A stretch of DNA of 64,000 nt from an uncultured Methylocapsa sp. (GCA_964440215.1 CAYTRB010000001.1:67-64066); one strand, 5' to 3'; shown: positions 9,139-19,271, counted from the stretch's first letter. The notes: generated by a model not told the origin, from the sequence alone. Translations and numbers: made by a program.

Positions 9139-11253
9139 CTACTCCGCCGGTTTCAACGCAACTTCCACGGGCGTGAAGAGTCCATGGGCCGAGGCTCGCA
9201 TTTCGAGATGACGCTTATGGAATTGCGCGAGGCTCGCACGATGGCCAATCGAAATGATGGTCGTCGCGGGAAGTCTCTTAACGAGGGTTTCGTAGATCTC
9301 GGCTTCCCCGTCTTCGTCTATCGCCGAAGTGGCTTCATCGAGGAAGAGCCAGTCAGGCTTCGCCAATAAGGCACGGGCAAGCGCCAAGCGCTGCTGCTCG
9401 CCGCCGGAAAGCCTTTGCGACCAGAAATCCTCGAGGTCAAGCTCGCCAATCAAATCGCTCAATCTCGTGGTGCGCAGCGCGTCGATGATCGCGGCTTCCC
9501 CGTAGCGGTCCGGGCTTTCGGGATAGGTTACGGCGGCGCGCAAAGAGCCGATCGGAATATAGGGCCTTTGCGGCAGCAGCATTATTTTGGCGCCGGCCGG
9601 TAAAGTGATCGCGCCGTCACCATAAGGCCATATGCCGGATATCGCGCGGAACAAGGTGGATTTGCCGGAACCCGAAGGCCCGGTCAAAAGCACGGGCTCG
9701 GCTTCGGCAAGCCGAAGGCTCGCGTCTTTGATGATCTCGCGGCCGCCCGGCAGCCGCACATTGAGCGCCTCGACGTCGAGATGTTTGCGCGCCGCTGGCG
9801 TGTCCGCTCCCGTGCGCGGCGAAAAGCCTGGCGTCTTCGCACTGGCGATCGCAAGATCGAAGGACGTCAAGCGGTCGAGCACGGCTTTGAAATCGGCAAG
9901 CGAAACAAAATAGGTAACGAAGAAATTCAAGGCGCTCTGTACGCTGAGAAACCCGCGTGCCGTCTGCATCATGATGCCGAGCGTGACTTTACCGGCGAAA
10001 TAGAAGGGCGCCACGATAAGGTAAGGAATGATCTCGCTCGCCTGACCATATATCGAGGTTGCGGCGACCAGATTTTTGCGGCAGGCGATAATCCGGAAAT
10101 AGTTGATAACGATCGCGCCAAACCGCGTCTTGAGACTGGCCTTCTCGGTTCGCTCACCGGCGAGCAGGGCGATTTGCTCGGCGTATTCGCGCAATCGCGC
10201 GAGCGAAAAACGGAAGTCGGCTTCATAGCGCTGCTGGGTGAAGTTGAGCGCAACAAGCGGGTAGCCGATAAAACCGGTCATGAGAGAACCGATAAAAGCG
10301 TAGATGAGCGCAATCCAGAAGAGAAAGCCCGGCACCGCGATATCCGTAAAGGGCAGGGTGAAGTTTGCCGAGAGGCCCCAAAGCACGATGGCGAACGAGA
10401 CGAGCGAGCTCAAGGTGGAGATCAAAGCGATAGAAAAGGAGTAAATGCCATAGCCGACCTGGCCGCCATCTATGAAGCGGTTGATGTCCTCGGAGATGCG
10501 TTGATCGGGATTGTCGGCGGCGCCCCCCGCCAGCGACATACGGTAATGGGTATGGGTGTCGAGCCAGCGGCTGACATAATTGTTGGTGAGCCAGAGCCGC
10601 CAGCGAATGATGAGGGTCGATTGCACGATATATTCGATGACATGCGCCGCGACGTCGAAAAAGGCAAAGGGTGTGAAGACGAAAAAGATTTGGGTCCAAA
10701 AGGCTGCGGCGTTTTTATCTTGCAGGGCATTATACATGTCGCGGGAAAAAAACGACAGCCGCACGCTTACGCCGACTTCCATCTGATTAATCAGGACAAG
10801 AAAAACCACCATGCCGATGGCGACTCGCCGCTCCCGCGCGCCGAAAGCGGGAAACGGCCATATGCGGGCGCGGGTCGGCTCCTCCGAGTCGAAATAGCGG
10901 TCGGCGATGCGGGTGATCGATTGAATGACCGGGATATAGGCAATCGCGTAGACAAGGATGGCGAAAAGCGCGACTGTCAGTGGCAGGCTTTCGGGGAAGG
11001 CATAATCCTCAAGCGATGGCGGCCAAAGACCAATCTGATCGATAAGGAAAATAATGCCGAAGATCACGGTTTCGGCCGCGAAGATTGCCACGAATATTTG
11101 CAGAAAGGTCGAGATCTGTCGCGCCCGGTAGGTGGTAAAAGCGCACAAAAATCCAACCCCCGCGAGCAACAGCACGATGTTGTCGCCGGTTTTCAAACCG
11201 GCAGCGACGGCGGCGGCCGAGAAGAGGCCCACGAGGACGGCAAGGAGATGCAT
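9139..11253 (-). CDS. fused ABC transporter permease/ATP-binding protein, SbmA/BacA-like TMD type
   Basis: C-terminal NBD: Walker A GPSGSGKST, signature [16 protein letters not shown], Walker B WLFLDEATSAID. A large N-terminal multi-TM domain. Start set to ATG 11253 (MHLLAVLVGLF...). Confidence 0.85.
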   Translation of the reverse strand: MHLLAVLVGLFSAAAVAAGLKTGDNIVLLLAGVGFLCAFTTYRARQISTFLQIFVAIFAAETVIFGIIFLIDQIGLWPPSLEDYAFPESLPLTVALFAILVYAIAYIPVIQSITRIADRYFDSEEPTRARIWPFPAFGARERRVAIGMVVFLVLINQMEVGVSVRLSFFSRDMYNALQDKNAAAFWTQIFFVFTPFAFFDVAAHVIEYIVQSTLIIRWRLWLTNNYVSRWLDTHTHYRMSLAGGAADNPDQRISEDINRFIDGGQVGYGIYSFSIALISTLSSLVSFAIVLWGLSANFTLPFTDIAVPGFLFWIALIYAFIGSLMTGFIGYPLVALNFTQQRYEADFRFSLARLREYAEQIALLAGERTEKASLKTRFGAIVINYFRIIACRKNLVAATSIYGQASEIIPYLIVAPFYFAGKVTLGIMMQTARGFLSVQSALNFFVTYFVSLADFKAVLDRLTSFDLAIASAKTPGFSPRTGADTPAARKHLDVEALNVRLPGGREIIKDASLRLAEAEPVLLTGPSGSGKSTLFRAISGIWPYGDGAITLPAGAKIMLLPQRPYIPIGSLRAAVTYPESPDRYGEAAIIDALRTTRLSDLIGELDLEDFWSQRLSGGEQQRLALARALLAKPDWLFLDEATSAIDEDGEAEIYETLVKRLPATTIISIGHRASLAQFHKRHLEMRASAHGLFTPVEVALKPAE

Positions 11254-11504
11254 GGCATACCTTTTGTTTTCAGGTATTTGATGAAATAGTCGAAGGCTCT
11301 TTATGAGGTATATGGACGATGGGCAAGCGGTGCCGCGCCGCATCGAGACCAGAGTGACTGGTTCTGGCCGTCATGAAGGCGAGATGTTTTTGCCTTTTGT
11401 TTGTCGCCCATTTTCATCACAATGAGGGGGGTGATCGCGCGTAGAACCATAAGTGCAGGCCCGCCAATTTGGGTTGAAGCCGCCCGCCTGTGTTGGTCCA
11501 TTCT

Positions 11505-11873
11505 TCAGCTGAGATCGCTGCTTTCTGGCTCTTCTTCGGCCACCAAGCCATTGATCGATGCGCAAAGGACCGGCGACGGTTTGAAGGTGAGAACGCGGCG
11601 CGGCTTGATCGGCACTTCCACACCGGTACGCGGATTACGGCCGATGCGTTCGCGTTTGGTGCGCACCAGAAACAGGCCAAAGGAGCGCAGCTTTACGGGT
11701 TCACCGCGCACCAGCGAAATGGAAATTTCTTCTAGAGCCATTTCGAAGATTTCTTTTGCTTTGGCGCGCGAAAGCATCGGACAGGAAGCATAAACGGCGT
11801 TGAGGAGATCCGCTCGTGTTGCGGTTTTCCGGTTGCCAGCCGTATCCGGCCGCGGCCCAGACGCTCGAGGCAT
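11505..11873 (-). CDS. ihfA: integration host factor subunit alpha
   Basis: TRADLLNAVY...RAKAKEIFEMALEEISISLVRGEPVKLRSFGLFLVRTKRERIGRNPRTGVEVPIKPRRVLTFKPS matches the HU/IHF fold with the IHF-alpha-type arm (GRNPRTG..VPI..RRV.TF+P). Confidence 0.88.
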   Translation of the reverse strand: MPRASGPRPDTAGNRKTATRADLLNAVYASCPMLSRAKAKEIFEMALEEISISLVRGEPVKLRSFGLFLVRTKRERIGRNPRTGVEVPIKPRRVLTFKPSPVLCASINGLVAEEEPESSDLS

Positions 11874-12023
11874 CTTGTCGGTTCTCCCCCTTATAAGCCG
11901 CCCTCGTTAGGGTGATCTTAAATCATTTTGCAGTCCAGGGGAAACGGTGCGGCGGGTGCATTGAAAAAATAATGAAAACAACCGTTTCTGCGCGAATACG
12001 GATGGCGAACAATTGGCCGGCGC

Positions 12024-12051
12024 AAAAAAGGGCCCCGGAGTTCCGGGGCCC
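12024..12051 (-). terminator. rho-independent terminator of groESL
   Basis: GGGCCCCGG (12030-12038), loop AGTT, CCGGGGCCC (12043-12051): a perfect 9-bp GC stem. On the minus strand it is followed by TTTTTT (complement of 12024-12029). Lies 33 nt after the groEL stop. Confidence 0.85.
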
Positions 12052-12083
12052 TTCGCGCAACTTCAAGAATGAAACCAGCGGGG

Positions 12084-13730
12084 TTAGAAATCCATTCCAC
12101 CCATTCCGCCCATCCCGCCGCCGCCACCAGGTGACGCGGCGGACTCCTTCTTCGGTGCTTCCACGACGATCGCCTCAGTGGTGATGAGGAGACCGGCAAT
12201 GGAGGCCGCATCCTGCAGCGCCGTGCGCACAACCTTGGTCGGATCGATGATGCCGAGCTTCACGAGATCCCCGTATTCGCCGGTCTGGGCGTTGTAGCCG
12301 TAGCCGTATGAAGTATTCTCGATCAGCTTGCCGACCACAACCGCACCGTCGCCGCCAGAATTGTCGACGATCTGCTTGGCCGGTGTCTGGATCGCCTTGC
12401 GGACGATATCGACGCCGGTTTTCTGGTCGGCGTTTTCGACCTTGATGTTTTCAAGGGCCTTGATGGACCGCAGCAGGGCGACACCACCGCCCGGCAGCAC
12501 GCCTTCCTCGACGGCGGCGCGCGTTGCGTTGAGGGCGTCGTCGACGCGGTCTTTCTTCTCCTTCACTTCGACTTCGGTGGCACCGCCGACACGGATCACC
12601 GCGACGCCGCCGGCAAGCTTGGCCAGACGCTCCTGCAGCTTCTCACGGTCATAGTCCGAGGTGGTATCGGCGATCTGCGACTTGATCTGGGCGATACGCG
12701 CCTCGATGTCCTTCTTTTCGCCGGCACCGTCGATGACGGTGGTCGCTTCCTTGTCGATGCGAATCCGCTTCGCGCGGCCGAGCATCTGCAAGGTTACGTT
12801 CTCGAGCTTGATGCCGAGTTCTTCAGAGATCAGCTGGCCGGCGGTGAGGATCGAGATATCCTCGAGCATGGCCTTGCGGCGATCGCCGAAGCCTGGCGCT
12901 TTGACAGCCGCGACCTTGAGGCCGCCGCGCAGCTTATTGACGACGAGCGTGGCCAGCGCCTCGCCCTCGACGTCCTCGGCGATAATGACGAGAGGCTTGC
13001 CGGCTTGCACGACGGATTCGAGAACCGGCAGCAAGGCTTGCAGCGAAGACAGTTTCTTTTCATGGATGAGAATGAAAGGGTCTTCCAATTCTGCGATCAT
13101 CTTCTCGGCATTGGTGATGAAATAAGGCGAGAGATAACCACGGTCGAACTGCATTCCTTCGACGATATCGAGCTCCGTATCGAGGCTCTTTGCCTCTTCA
13201 ACGGTGATCACGCCTTCGTTGCCGACTTTCTGCATTGCCGTCGAGATCATTGATCCGACCGACTTATCGCCATTGGCCGAAATCGTGCCAACCTGGGCGA
13301 TCTCGTCATTCGAGGTGACCTTTTTCGAATTATGCTTGAGATCAGCGACGACGGCTTCAACGGCAAGGTCGATGCCGCGCTTCAGATCCATCGGGTTAAG
13401 GCCAGCGGCGACTGCCTTGGTGCCTTCCCGGACGATCGAAGCGGCGAGGATCGTTGCCGTCGTCGTTCCGTCGCCGGCGATGTCATTTTGCTTGGAGGCA
13501 ACTTCGCGGATGAGTTGGGCACCGAGATTCTCGAATTTATCGGCAAGCTCGATCTCTTTTGCAACCGCGACACCGTCCTTGGTGATGCGCGGCGCGCCGA
13601 ATGATTTTTCGATGACGACGTTACGGCCTTTGGGGCCAAGGGTGACTCGCACCGCGTTGGCAATGATATCGACGCCGCGTAACATGCGGTCGCGGGCATC
13701 GGATGAAAAACGGACGTCTTTGGCTGACAT
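12084..13730 (-). CDS. groL: chaperonin GroEL
   Basis: Unmistakable GroEL sequence (AKDVRF...GPKGRNVV...[11 protein letters not shown]...C-terminal [11 protein letters not shown]). ATG 13730 is preceded by AGGAG; the ORF-track start 13736 is a TTG two codons upstream. Confidence 0.98.
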   Translation of the reverse strand: MSAKDVRFSSDARDRMLRGVDIIANAVRVTLGPKGRNVVIEKSFGAPRITKDGVAVAKEIELADKFENLGAQLIREVASKQNDIAGDGTTTATILAASIVREGTKAVAAGLNPMDLKRGIDLAVEAVVADLKHNSKKVTSNDEIAQVGTISANGDKSVGSMISTAMQKVGNEGVITVEEAKSLDTELDIVEGMQFDRGYLSPYFITNAEKMIAELEDPFILIHEKKLSSLQALLPVLESVVQAGKPLVIIAEDVEGEALATLVVNKLRGGLKVAAVKAPGFGDRRKAMLEDISILTAGQLISEELGIKLENVTLQMLGRAKRIRIDKEATTVIDGAGEKKDIEARIAQIKSQIADTTSDYDREKLQERLAKLAGGVAVIRVGGATEVEVKEKKDRVDDALNATRAAVEEGVLPGGGVALLRSIKALENIKVENADQKTGVDIVRKAIQTPAKQIVDNSGGDGAVVVGKLIENTSYGYGYNAQTGEYGDLVKLGIIDPTKVVRTALQDAASIAGLLITTEAIVVEAPKKESAASPGGGGGMGGMGGMDF

Positions 13731-13785
13731 GTTCAAACTCCTGAAAGCGGGTTCTTAAAGAAAATCGTGAAGGGGGTTTTCGGAC

Positions 13786-14073
13786 TCAGGCGACGACGCC
13801 CAGGATATCGCTCTCCTTCATGATGAGGAGGTCCTGACCGTCGATCTTGACCTCCGTGCCCGACCATTTGCCGAACAGAATCTTGTCGCCCGTCTTGACG
13901 TCGAGGGGCGTCAGCTTGCCGCTTTCATCGCGCCCGCCCGGGCCGACGGCGACGATCTCGCCCTCCTGAGGCTTCTCCTTGACGGTATCGGGGATGATGA
14001 TCCCACCCTTGGTCTTTTCCTCACCTTCGAGGCGTCTGACCACGACGCGGTCATGCAAAGGACGAAAGCTCAT
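13786..14073 (-). CDS. groS: co-chaperonin GroES
   Basis: [46 protein letters not shown]...: canonical 95-aa GroES, 55 nt upstream of groEL. Confidence 0.98.
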   Translation of the reverse strand: MSFRPLHDRVVVRRLEGEEKTKGGIIIPDTVKEKPQEGEIVAVGPGGRDESGKLTPLDVKTGDKILFGKWSGTEVKIDGQDLLIMKESDILGVVA

Positions 14074-14166
14074 GTTTCTTTGGTTCCCTAATGTGCCACA
14101 TAAGGCGTCCCCCTATGCGCGGGAGGCACCTTGTAAAAATTGCGGCTGAATTAAAATGGCGCCCCC

Positions 14167-14193
14167 TTAGCACTCAACCAACACGAGTGCTAA
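14167..14193 (-). promoter_or_regulatory. CIRCE operator (HrcA binding site) in the groES leader
   Basis: TTAGCACTC (14167-14175), N9, GAGTGCTAA (14185-14193): a perfect match to the CIRCE consensus TTAGCACTC-N9-GAGTGCTAA, 94 nt upstream of the groES ATG. Confidence 0.92.
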
Positions 14194-14205
14194 CAAGGCA
14201 CCTGT

Positions 14206-14234
14206 TACCTAGGGGCGGAGCTTTGCTCTGTCAA
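14206..14234 (-). promoter_or_regulatory. candidate groESL promoter (sigma70/sigma32-like)
   Basis: The minus strand reads CCCTTGACA-GAGCAAAGCTCCG-CCCCTAGGTA immediately upstream of CIRCE. That is TTGACA (14229-14234), 17 nt, TAGGTA, and also resembles the sigma32 pattern CTTGAAA-N13-CCCCATNT. Confidence 0.5.
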
Positions 14235-14330
14235 GGGACATGCCCGGCTTTAAAAATTGCGCGGACTTTTTTTGATCAAATCTCCCGGGAAACGAGGAGA
14301 TAAGGACCGAAAGGGTTTGCCCGGAGCGCT

Positions 14331-14367
14331 CAGATTTAAAAAGTTGGAGCATGTTAGCATGCTCCAA
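14331..14367. repeat. intergenic repeat element, copy a (partial; core forms the degP terminator stem)
   Basis: CAGATTTAAAAAGTTGGAGC matches 16/20 with CAAATTCAAAGAATTGGAGC at 49031-49050. The 15-nt GGAGCATGTTAGCAT (14346-14360) is identical to 5181-5195. Confidence 0.45.
14344..14367 (-). terminator. terminator hairpin downstream of the DegP-family gene (bidirectional shape)
   Basis: TTGGAGCATG (14344-14353), loop TTAG, CATGCTCCAA (14358-14367): a perfect 10-bp stem. On the minus strand it is followed by CTTTTTAAATC; on the plus strand by a T-rich ATCTTTGTTTTGT. Lies 87 nt after the degP stop. Confidence 0.7.
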
Positions 14368-14453
14368 ATCTTTGTTTTGTCGCATATTTTAACGCGAATC
14401 GGACTCCAGTTCGCTTAAAAACGCGCGATCGGCGGCCGGTTTGGATTTGCCCG

Positions 14454-16013
14454 TCACGGCAGGCCAATCGCTACAAAACGCACTTCGCCTTGCCCATTGG
14501 CGACAAGGAGCAGCGCCGATTTCTTGCCGCCGCTTTTCAAAGCCTCAATTTTCTTAGCGATATCGGCGGGTTCCTTGACTGGTTCTTGATTGATTTCCAC
14601 GATCACGTCACCGGCTTCGACATGCTTCTCGGCGGCGCTCGAATCGGGGTCGACAGTGGTAATCACGACGCCGGAGGCGACACTGTTTTTGATCGCGAAT
14701 TTTTGCCGCAACTCATCGGTCAGACTCGAAAATTGCATCCCAAGCGCTTTTTCGGCCGGGCTGGCTGTTGCTTTCTTTCCTGCATCGTCGTGCTTCGCCG
14801 CGAGCGCTATCTGTTTCTCGTTCTCTTCCAACCGGCCAAGCTTGATCGTCTTGGTGATCTGCTTGCCCTGCCGAACCACGACAATTTCGACATCTTTGCC
14901 GACGGGTTCCGAGGCGACGATCTTGGGCAGGTCGCGCGACTCCTTAATGTCAATTCCATCGAATTTGACAATGACATCCCCGGCCTTAAGACCCGCCGCC
15001 TTCGCCGGACCCTTGTCATCGGTACCGGCGACGAGGGCGCCACGCAGCTGGCCGAGATTGAGGCTTTCGGCAATCGTATCGTCGACATTCTGGATGCGCA
15101 CGCCAAGCCAGCCGCGCCGCGTCTCACCGAATTTTTCCAATTGATCGATGACCGGTATTACGGTCGCGGCGGGTGTGGCGAATCCGATGCCGATCGAGCC
15201 GCCAGATGGCGACAGGATGGCGGTATTGATGCCGATCACCTCGCCCGCCATGTTAAACAAAGGTCCACCCGAATTGCCTTTGTTGATGGCCGCGTCGGTC
15301 TGAAAATAATTGTCGTAGGGACCCGAATCGATATTGCGATGGCGGGCCGAGATGATGCCCGCGGTGACCGTGCCGCCAAGCCCGAAGGGATTGCCGACCG
15401 CGACCACCCAATCGCCCACCCGCATCTTTTCGCTGTCGCCGAATTTCACCGCCTTGAGCGGCTTGTCCGTTTTGACCCGGAGCACAGCAACATCGACCTT
15501 TTCATCCTTGCCAAGTACTTCAGCCTTCAATTTCTGGCCGTCGGTGAAAATGACGGTAACCTCATTGGCGTCGGCAACCACGTGATTGTTGGTAATGACG
15601 ATGCCGGAGGGATCGATGACGAAGCCGGAACCAAGCGAATTCGATTTGCGTTCGCGCGGCTTTTGCTCCGGCCGGTCGTTACCGCCCTGCTGATGGCGCC
15701 GGAAGAACTCCTCGAACAGATCGTCGAATGGCGTGCCCGGCTCCAATTGCGGCACATTGCTGGCGTGCTTTTCGTCCATGGTCTGAGTGGCCGAAATGTT
15801 GACCACGGCATCGCTCACGGTATCCGCGAGATCGGCGAGGGAGTCCGGCCCCTTGGCGATGGCCTGGGGAAAGCCTGGGATAGGCAAGGCGCTTCCGGCA
15901 GCGCCCAGAAAGAGCGCGCCAAGGAGGTATAAGGCGGCGCGCGCGGGCCTTCGCCGTGCTGCGGCGCTGCGCCTTAACTGTCCTGCACCGATAAAAACCG
16001 GGAATAGACCCAT
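14454..16013 (-). CDS. periplasmic serine endoprotease, DegP/HtrA (Do) family, two PDZ domains
   Basis: Catalytic motifs TNNHVV (His), D, GNSGGPLF (Ser). Two PDZ-like segments (GLKAGDVIVKFDG; AEKHVEAGDVIVEINQ). Signal-like N-terminus from ATG 16013. Confidence 0.92.
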   Translation of the reverse strand: MGLFPVFIGAGQLRRSAAARRRPARAALYLLGALFLGAAGSALPIPGFPQAIAKGPDSLADLADTVSDAVVNISATQTMDEKHASNVPQLEPGTPFDDLFEEFFRRHQQGGNDRPEQKPRERKSNSLGSGFVIDPSGIVITNNHVVADANEVTVIFTDGQKLKAEVLGKDEKVDVAVLRVKTDKPLKAVKFGDSEKMRVGDWVVAVGNPFGLGGTVTAGIISARHRNIDSGPYDNYFQTDAAINKGNSGGPLFNMAGEVIGINTAILSPSGGSIGIGFATPAATVIPVIDQLEKFGETRRGWLGVRIQNVDDTIAESLNLGQLRGALVAGTDDKGPAKAAGLKAGDVIVKFDGIDIKESRDLPKIVASEPVGKDVEIVVVRQGKQITKTIKLGRLEENEKQIALAAKHDDAGKKATASPAEKALGMQFSSLTDELRQKFAIKNSVASGVVITTVDPDSSAAEKHVEAGDVIVEINQEPVKEPADIAKKIEALKSGGKKSALLLVANGQGEVRFVAIGLP

Positions 16014-16183
16014 GAAAACAATCTCCTTGAAGCACCCGCGAAAGCCCGAAGCGGGCAACACCTCCGCAACTCGACGGCGCCGAGTAGGGGCAGGCACGTT
16101 GAACCGGCACTGCGAGGGCCATCATTCGCTCATAACAGCACAGCTTACCCGACGCGCGGCTTTTCCGTCCAAACCGCCTTCTA

Positions 16184-17896
16184 CTACGGTTCTTCGTGAA
16201 ACTCATTCGTCTTTTTGCTGTTTTTGGTGAGCGCTCTTATGGCCTCGTCCACGCTGTGAAAGAAATGATCGTGGTGGACCACATCGGTAATCCCGAAACG
16301 CTTGAAGGCTTCCTCCGCGCGCACCGATTCAAGGCGGGCGATCGCGAAGGTGATTTTCGATTGTCTGCACTCTTCGATGACTTCGAGGAGAATTTGCGCG
16401 GCGGTGAAATCGATTTCAACGATGCTGCTCGCTTCCAAGACAATCAATTCGAGCGGCACGCGGCTATGTTTCGCACGGCTTTGCCGAATGGCGTGGCGTG
16501 CGCCGTCTTGGAATTTATAGACATTGAGAAAGGTGAGGGGGGCTTGGAAAGCCACGACCAGCGCGCCTTCGATCGTTTCCCCTTTGAGATGGTGGCCTGG
16601 CGGCCACCAAATCGAGGTTCCCGGTACCCGCTCGAAAGTGATGAGACGGGCTCTCGTCATCGACCATATCCCATGCAGCAGCGAAAGCACGATGCCAATG
16701 GCGACGCCGGTTCCCACCGGCAGAACGATGATCGCTGTCACGGTCGCGAGGATCAGCACGAACTCGCCGAAAGCACGTTGAAAAATCGTGATGATTTCTC
16801 GCGTGAGCACGATCCGCGCCGCGACGAAAAACAAAATGCCCGCGAGCGCCGCTTGCGGCACATGCGCGAGAAGCCCAGTGCCATATCGGGCGATGCCAAG
16901 GATCAGCGCGGCAGCCGCCAGCCCTGCGAATTTGCTGCGTCCTCCGGCTGCGGCGACAATCCCGGTCAGGGGCGGGCTAGCGTTGACGGGAAAGGCGCCG
17001 AAGTAGCCGGCCAGCAGGTTTGCCGCGCCCACGCCAGCGAAATCGAGGTTTATCAAGCCGCCATTTTGGGACGCCGCGGGGAATTCACGAGTCGTTGCGG
17101 CAGTTTGCACCATGATGGTGGCGACAACGACGAAGGCAAGTGGCGTGGCTTGAAGGAACTGCTCGAATTGAACCACGGGGATTTGAAAATGGGGAAATTC
17201 GCCTGGTATTTGTCCCAGAACTGCGACGCCGTCGCCCTCAAGCCCAAACCAATAGACCGCGAGGGTCGCAGCCACGATACCCAAAAGCGCGCCTGGAATG
17301 CGCGGGCTGATCCAGGTCGCGCAAACTGTTACGGCAAAGACGGTCAGTCCCAGCAAGAGCGAAACGCGATTGGTCTCGGCAAGCCTGCCCGCGATGATGG
17401 ATGCTTGGTGCAACAGACTGCCTTGGGGAGCCGATATTCCAAGCAGGGACGGGAGCTGCGAGATCACAATATGACAGGCGATGCCAGCCAAGAACCCTAT
17501 GGTGACGGGCTTCGACACGAGGTCGGCGATCCAGCCGAGCCGGAACAGGCCGCAACAGAGAAGAATGGTTCCGCATACCAGCGCGAAACTTGCGCAAAGA
17601 GAAAAATAGCCGGGGCTTCCGGTAGCAGCCAGCGCGGCGAGGCCGCCAGCGAAAATCGGTGCGATGGTTGAATCCGCGCAGGCCGCAACGAAATAATTGG
17701 CGCCGACGGTCGCGAAGCCGATCGATGCGGCAGCAAAAGCGATGAAGCCAGCGACTGGCGGAAAGCCAGCAAGATGCGCGGTCGCCATCTGCGAAGGAAT
17801 GGCGACGGCGGCGAGTGCCAGCCCGGCAGCGAGATCGGCGCGCAAGTCCTGTGCCGCATAGCGGGCGGCCGAGTGTAGGAAATCATTCGGCGGCAA
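16184..17896 (-). CDS. SulP-family anion permease with C-terminal STAS domain
   Basis: N-terminal DLRADLAAGLALAAVAIPSQMATAHLAGFPPVAGF, a multi-TM core, C-terminal STAS-like LIVLEASSIVEIDFTAAQILLEVIEE. The only in-frame start upstream of the first conserved motif is TTG 17896. Confidence 0.85.
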   Translation of the reverse strand: MPPNDFLHSAARYAAQDLRADLAAGLALAAVAIPSQMATAHLAGFPPVAGFIAFAAASIGFATVGANYFVAACADSTIAPIFAGGLAALAATGSPGYFSLCASFALVCGTILLCCGLFRLGWIADLVSKPVTIGFLAGIACHIVISQLPSLLGISAPQGSLLHQASIIAGRLAETNRVSLLLGLTVFAVTVCATWISPRIPGALLGIVAATLAVYWFGLEGDGVAVLGQIPGEFPHFQIPVVQFEQFLQATPLAFVVVATIMVQTAATTREFPAASQNGGLINLDFAGVGAANLLAGYFGAFPVNASPPLTGIVAAAGGRSKFAGLAAAALILGIARYGTGLLAHVPQAALAGILFFVAARIVLTREIITIFQRAFGEFVLILATVTAIIVLPVGTGVAIGIVLSLLHGIWSMTRARLITFERVPGTSIWWPPGHHLKGETIEGALVVAFQAPLTFLNVYKFQDGARHAIRQSRAKHSRVPLELIVLEASSIVEIDFTAAQILLEVIEECRQSKITFAIARLESVRAEEAFKRFGITDVVHHDHFFHSVDEAIRALTKNSKKTNEFHEEP

Positions 17897-19271
17897 TGGC
17901 GGTCTTTGTACCTCGGGCGGCCTTCAAGCTGGCATGGTCTTGCTTTGAGACCGCAGCATAGGCCATCGCGAATGAGGCAAGAGCATCATCAAGCGCTTCC
18001 GATTTTCCCATGTAGCCTGCGATCAGGGCGGGATCCCCGCTCCGCGCATGCGCTCGCGCAAGCGTCCTGCCGCAGAGATTGGCATAGGCAGCGAGCGCTT
18101 TGACTTCGAGGACTTCGCCGATCGACCCGAGACGCCGGTTCTTGAGTTGGCGGACATAGAATTGGCGGCCTGTCTTTGGGTCTTCCGTATAGCCCAGAAA
18201 AATATCGCTCGCGGCCTGCATCGCGCGCTGGCCGTCGGCCACGCGGCGGCCCTGATGGGTGATGGAGGGCGGCGGTGGCGCGATTTTTTCTAGAACCGAC
18301 GCCCATGCCTGCTTGATTTGTAAGAACAGAGGTTCGCCATCCGCTGTCATGAAAAGTCCGATCGCGCAAAAGGTGCCGACGCTGCCGACGCCAACGACCT
18401 TGAAGGCAATGTCGGCGAGTGTGTAGCGATCGACGAGCGCGCGCCGTTCCGGAAGCAGCGAGGATTGGTAATTGGCGAAGGCGGAATGCGCATGGATCTT
18501 ATAGTCTTTGGTCTCGGGCGTATCGAAATGATAGATCAAGGGCGGCCGGTTCTCGATATGGGCGTGGCCATCCTTCGCCGTCGCGAGATGCGGGAAGTTA
18601 TCATCGGCCGCCAAATCCTTTTTTGCTTTCACCAAGCTAGGAACAATAATATCGCGCAGCTTATTATCAGGGATCCGGTTAACCTCGCGATCAATATCCA
18701 TGCGCGTGTACCAGACTTCGAGCGGGGTCTTGGTGGCAAGTTCCAGGATGAATTCGCGATAGGATGTGATGGTCGCTTTGGCGAGCGCGCGCGCCTTTTT
18801 GTCCGGCAAGTTCGCATTGAGCGCGGCAACCGCGACGCTAGCGGCGAGCCGCTTCAAATCCACCGTGAAATCGATGCCGGGCAAAGTCTCGTCGAAATCG
18901 TTGATGTCGAAGAGGACGCGACCTTCCGGCGAGTTGAAAACTCCGAAATTCGTCAAATGACAGTCACCGCATGCCTGCACATGCGCGCCGGCCTGAGGAA
19001 CAGCGGAAAGATCATGGGCCATCACGGCGGCGGCGCCGCGCAGGAAGGTAAATGGCGATTGCAGCATGCGCTCGTAGCGGATCGGCAACAGTTCGGGAAT
19101 GCGGGCACCGTCGGTCTCGGCGAGAATGGCGACCGGGTCGCGGCCGGATGCTGGCGGGCACTCTGCATGGGCTTCGCGCGCCACGCTGTCGCGCAACGCC
19201 CGGCCTGCTTCATAGCGTTGCGCCCGCGGCAAATTCTTGGCCGGAATTTCACTTTTAGACGAGTTTGCCAT
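17883..19271 (-). CDS. DUF2252-family protein
   Basis: My recollection of the DUF2252 pattern: RYERMLQSPFTFLRGAAAVMAHDL...GDCHLTNFG...DINDFDET...FYVRQL. Start set to ATG 19271 (MANSSKSE...). The 3' end overlaps the SulP start by 14 nt. Confidence 0.7.
   Translation of the reverse strand: MANSSKSEIPAKNLPRAQRYEAGRALRDSVAREAHAECPPASGRDPVAILAETDGARIPELLPIRYERMLQSPFTFLRGAAAVMAHDLSAVPQAGAHVQACGDCHLTNFGVFNSPEGRVLFDINDFDETLPGIDFTVDLKRLAASVAVAALNANLPDKKARALAKATITSYREFILELATKTPLEVWYTRMDIDREVNRIPDNKLRDIIVPSLVKAKKDLAADDNFPHLATAKDGHAHIENRPPLIYHFDTPETKDYKIHAHSAFANYQSSLLPERRALVDRYTLADIAFKVVGVGSVGTFCAIGLFMTADGEPLFLQIKQAWASVLEKIAPPPPSITHQGRRVADGQRAMQAASDIFLGYTEDPKTGRQFYVRQLKNRRLGSIGEVLEVKALAAYANLCGRTLARAHARSGDPALIAGYMGKSEALDDALASFAMAYAAVSKQDHASLKAARGTKTAIAAE

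Noticed and set aside
9781-11289. Long antisense or alternate-frame ORFs. Examples: 9781..11289(+), 14490..15932(+), 16196..17671(+), 5591..6706(-), 29273..30166(-), 30615..31565(+), 54912..55757(+), 55987..56766(-), 59076..59813(-), 46508..47305(+).
   Set aside because: Each lies opposite or out of frame to a gene with unmistakable family motifs. Their translations are Arg/Gly/Asp/His-rich with no motifs. Stop-free antisense frames are expected in roughly 60% GC DNA.
11254-11504. Possible cobalamin riboswitch in the leader of the SbmA/BacA-type ABC transporter. Some members of this transporter family import B12.
   Set aside because: Reading the minus strand, I could not find a B12 box (GCCACTG-type) or the GGGAA / GGTGAAA conserved cores; the only resemblance is CAGTCACTCTGG. 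A cmscan with RF00174 would settle it.
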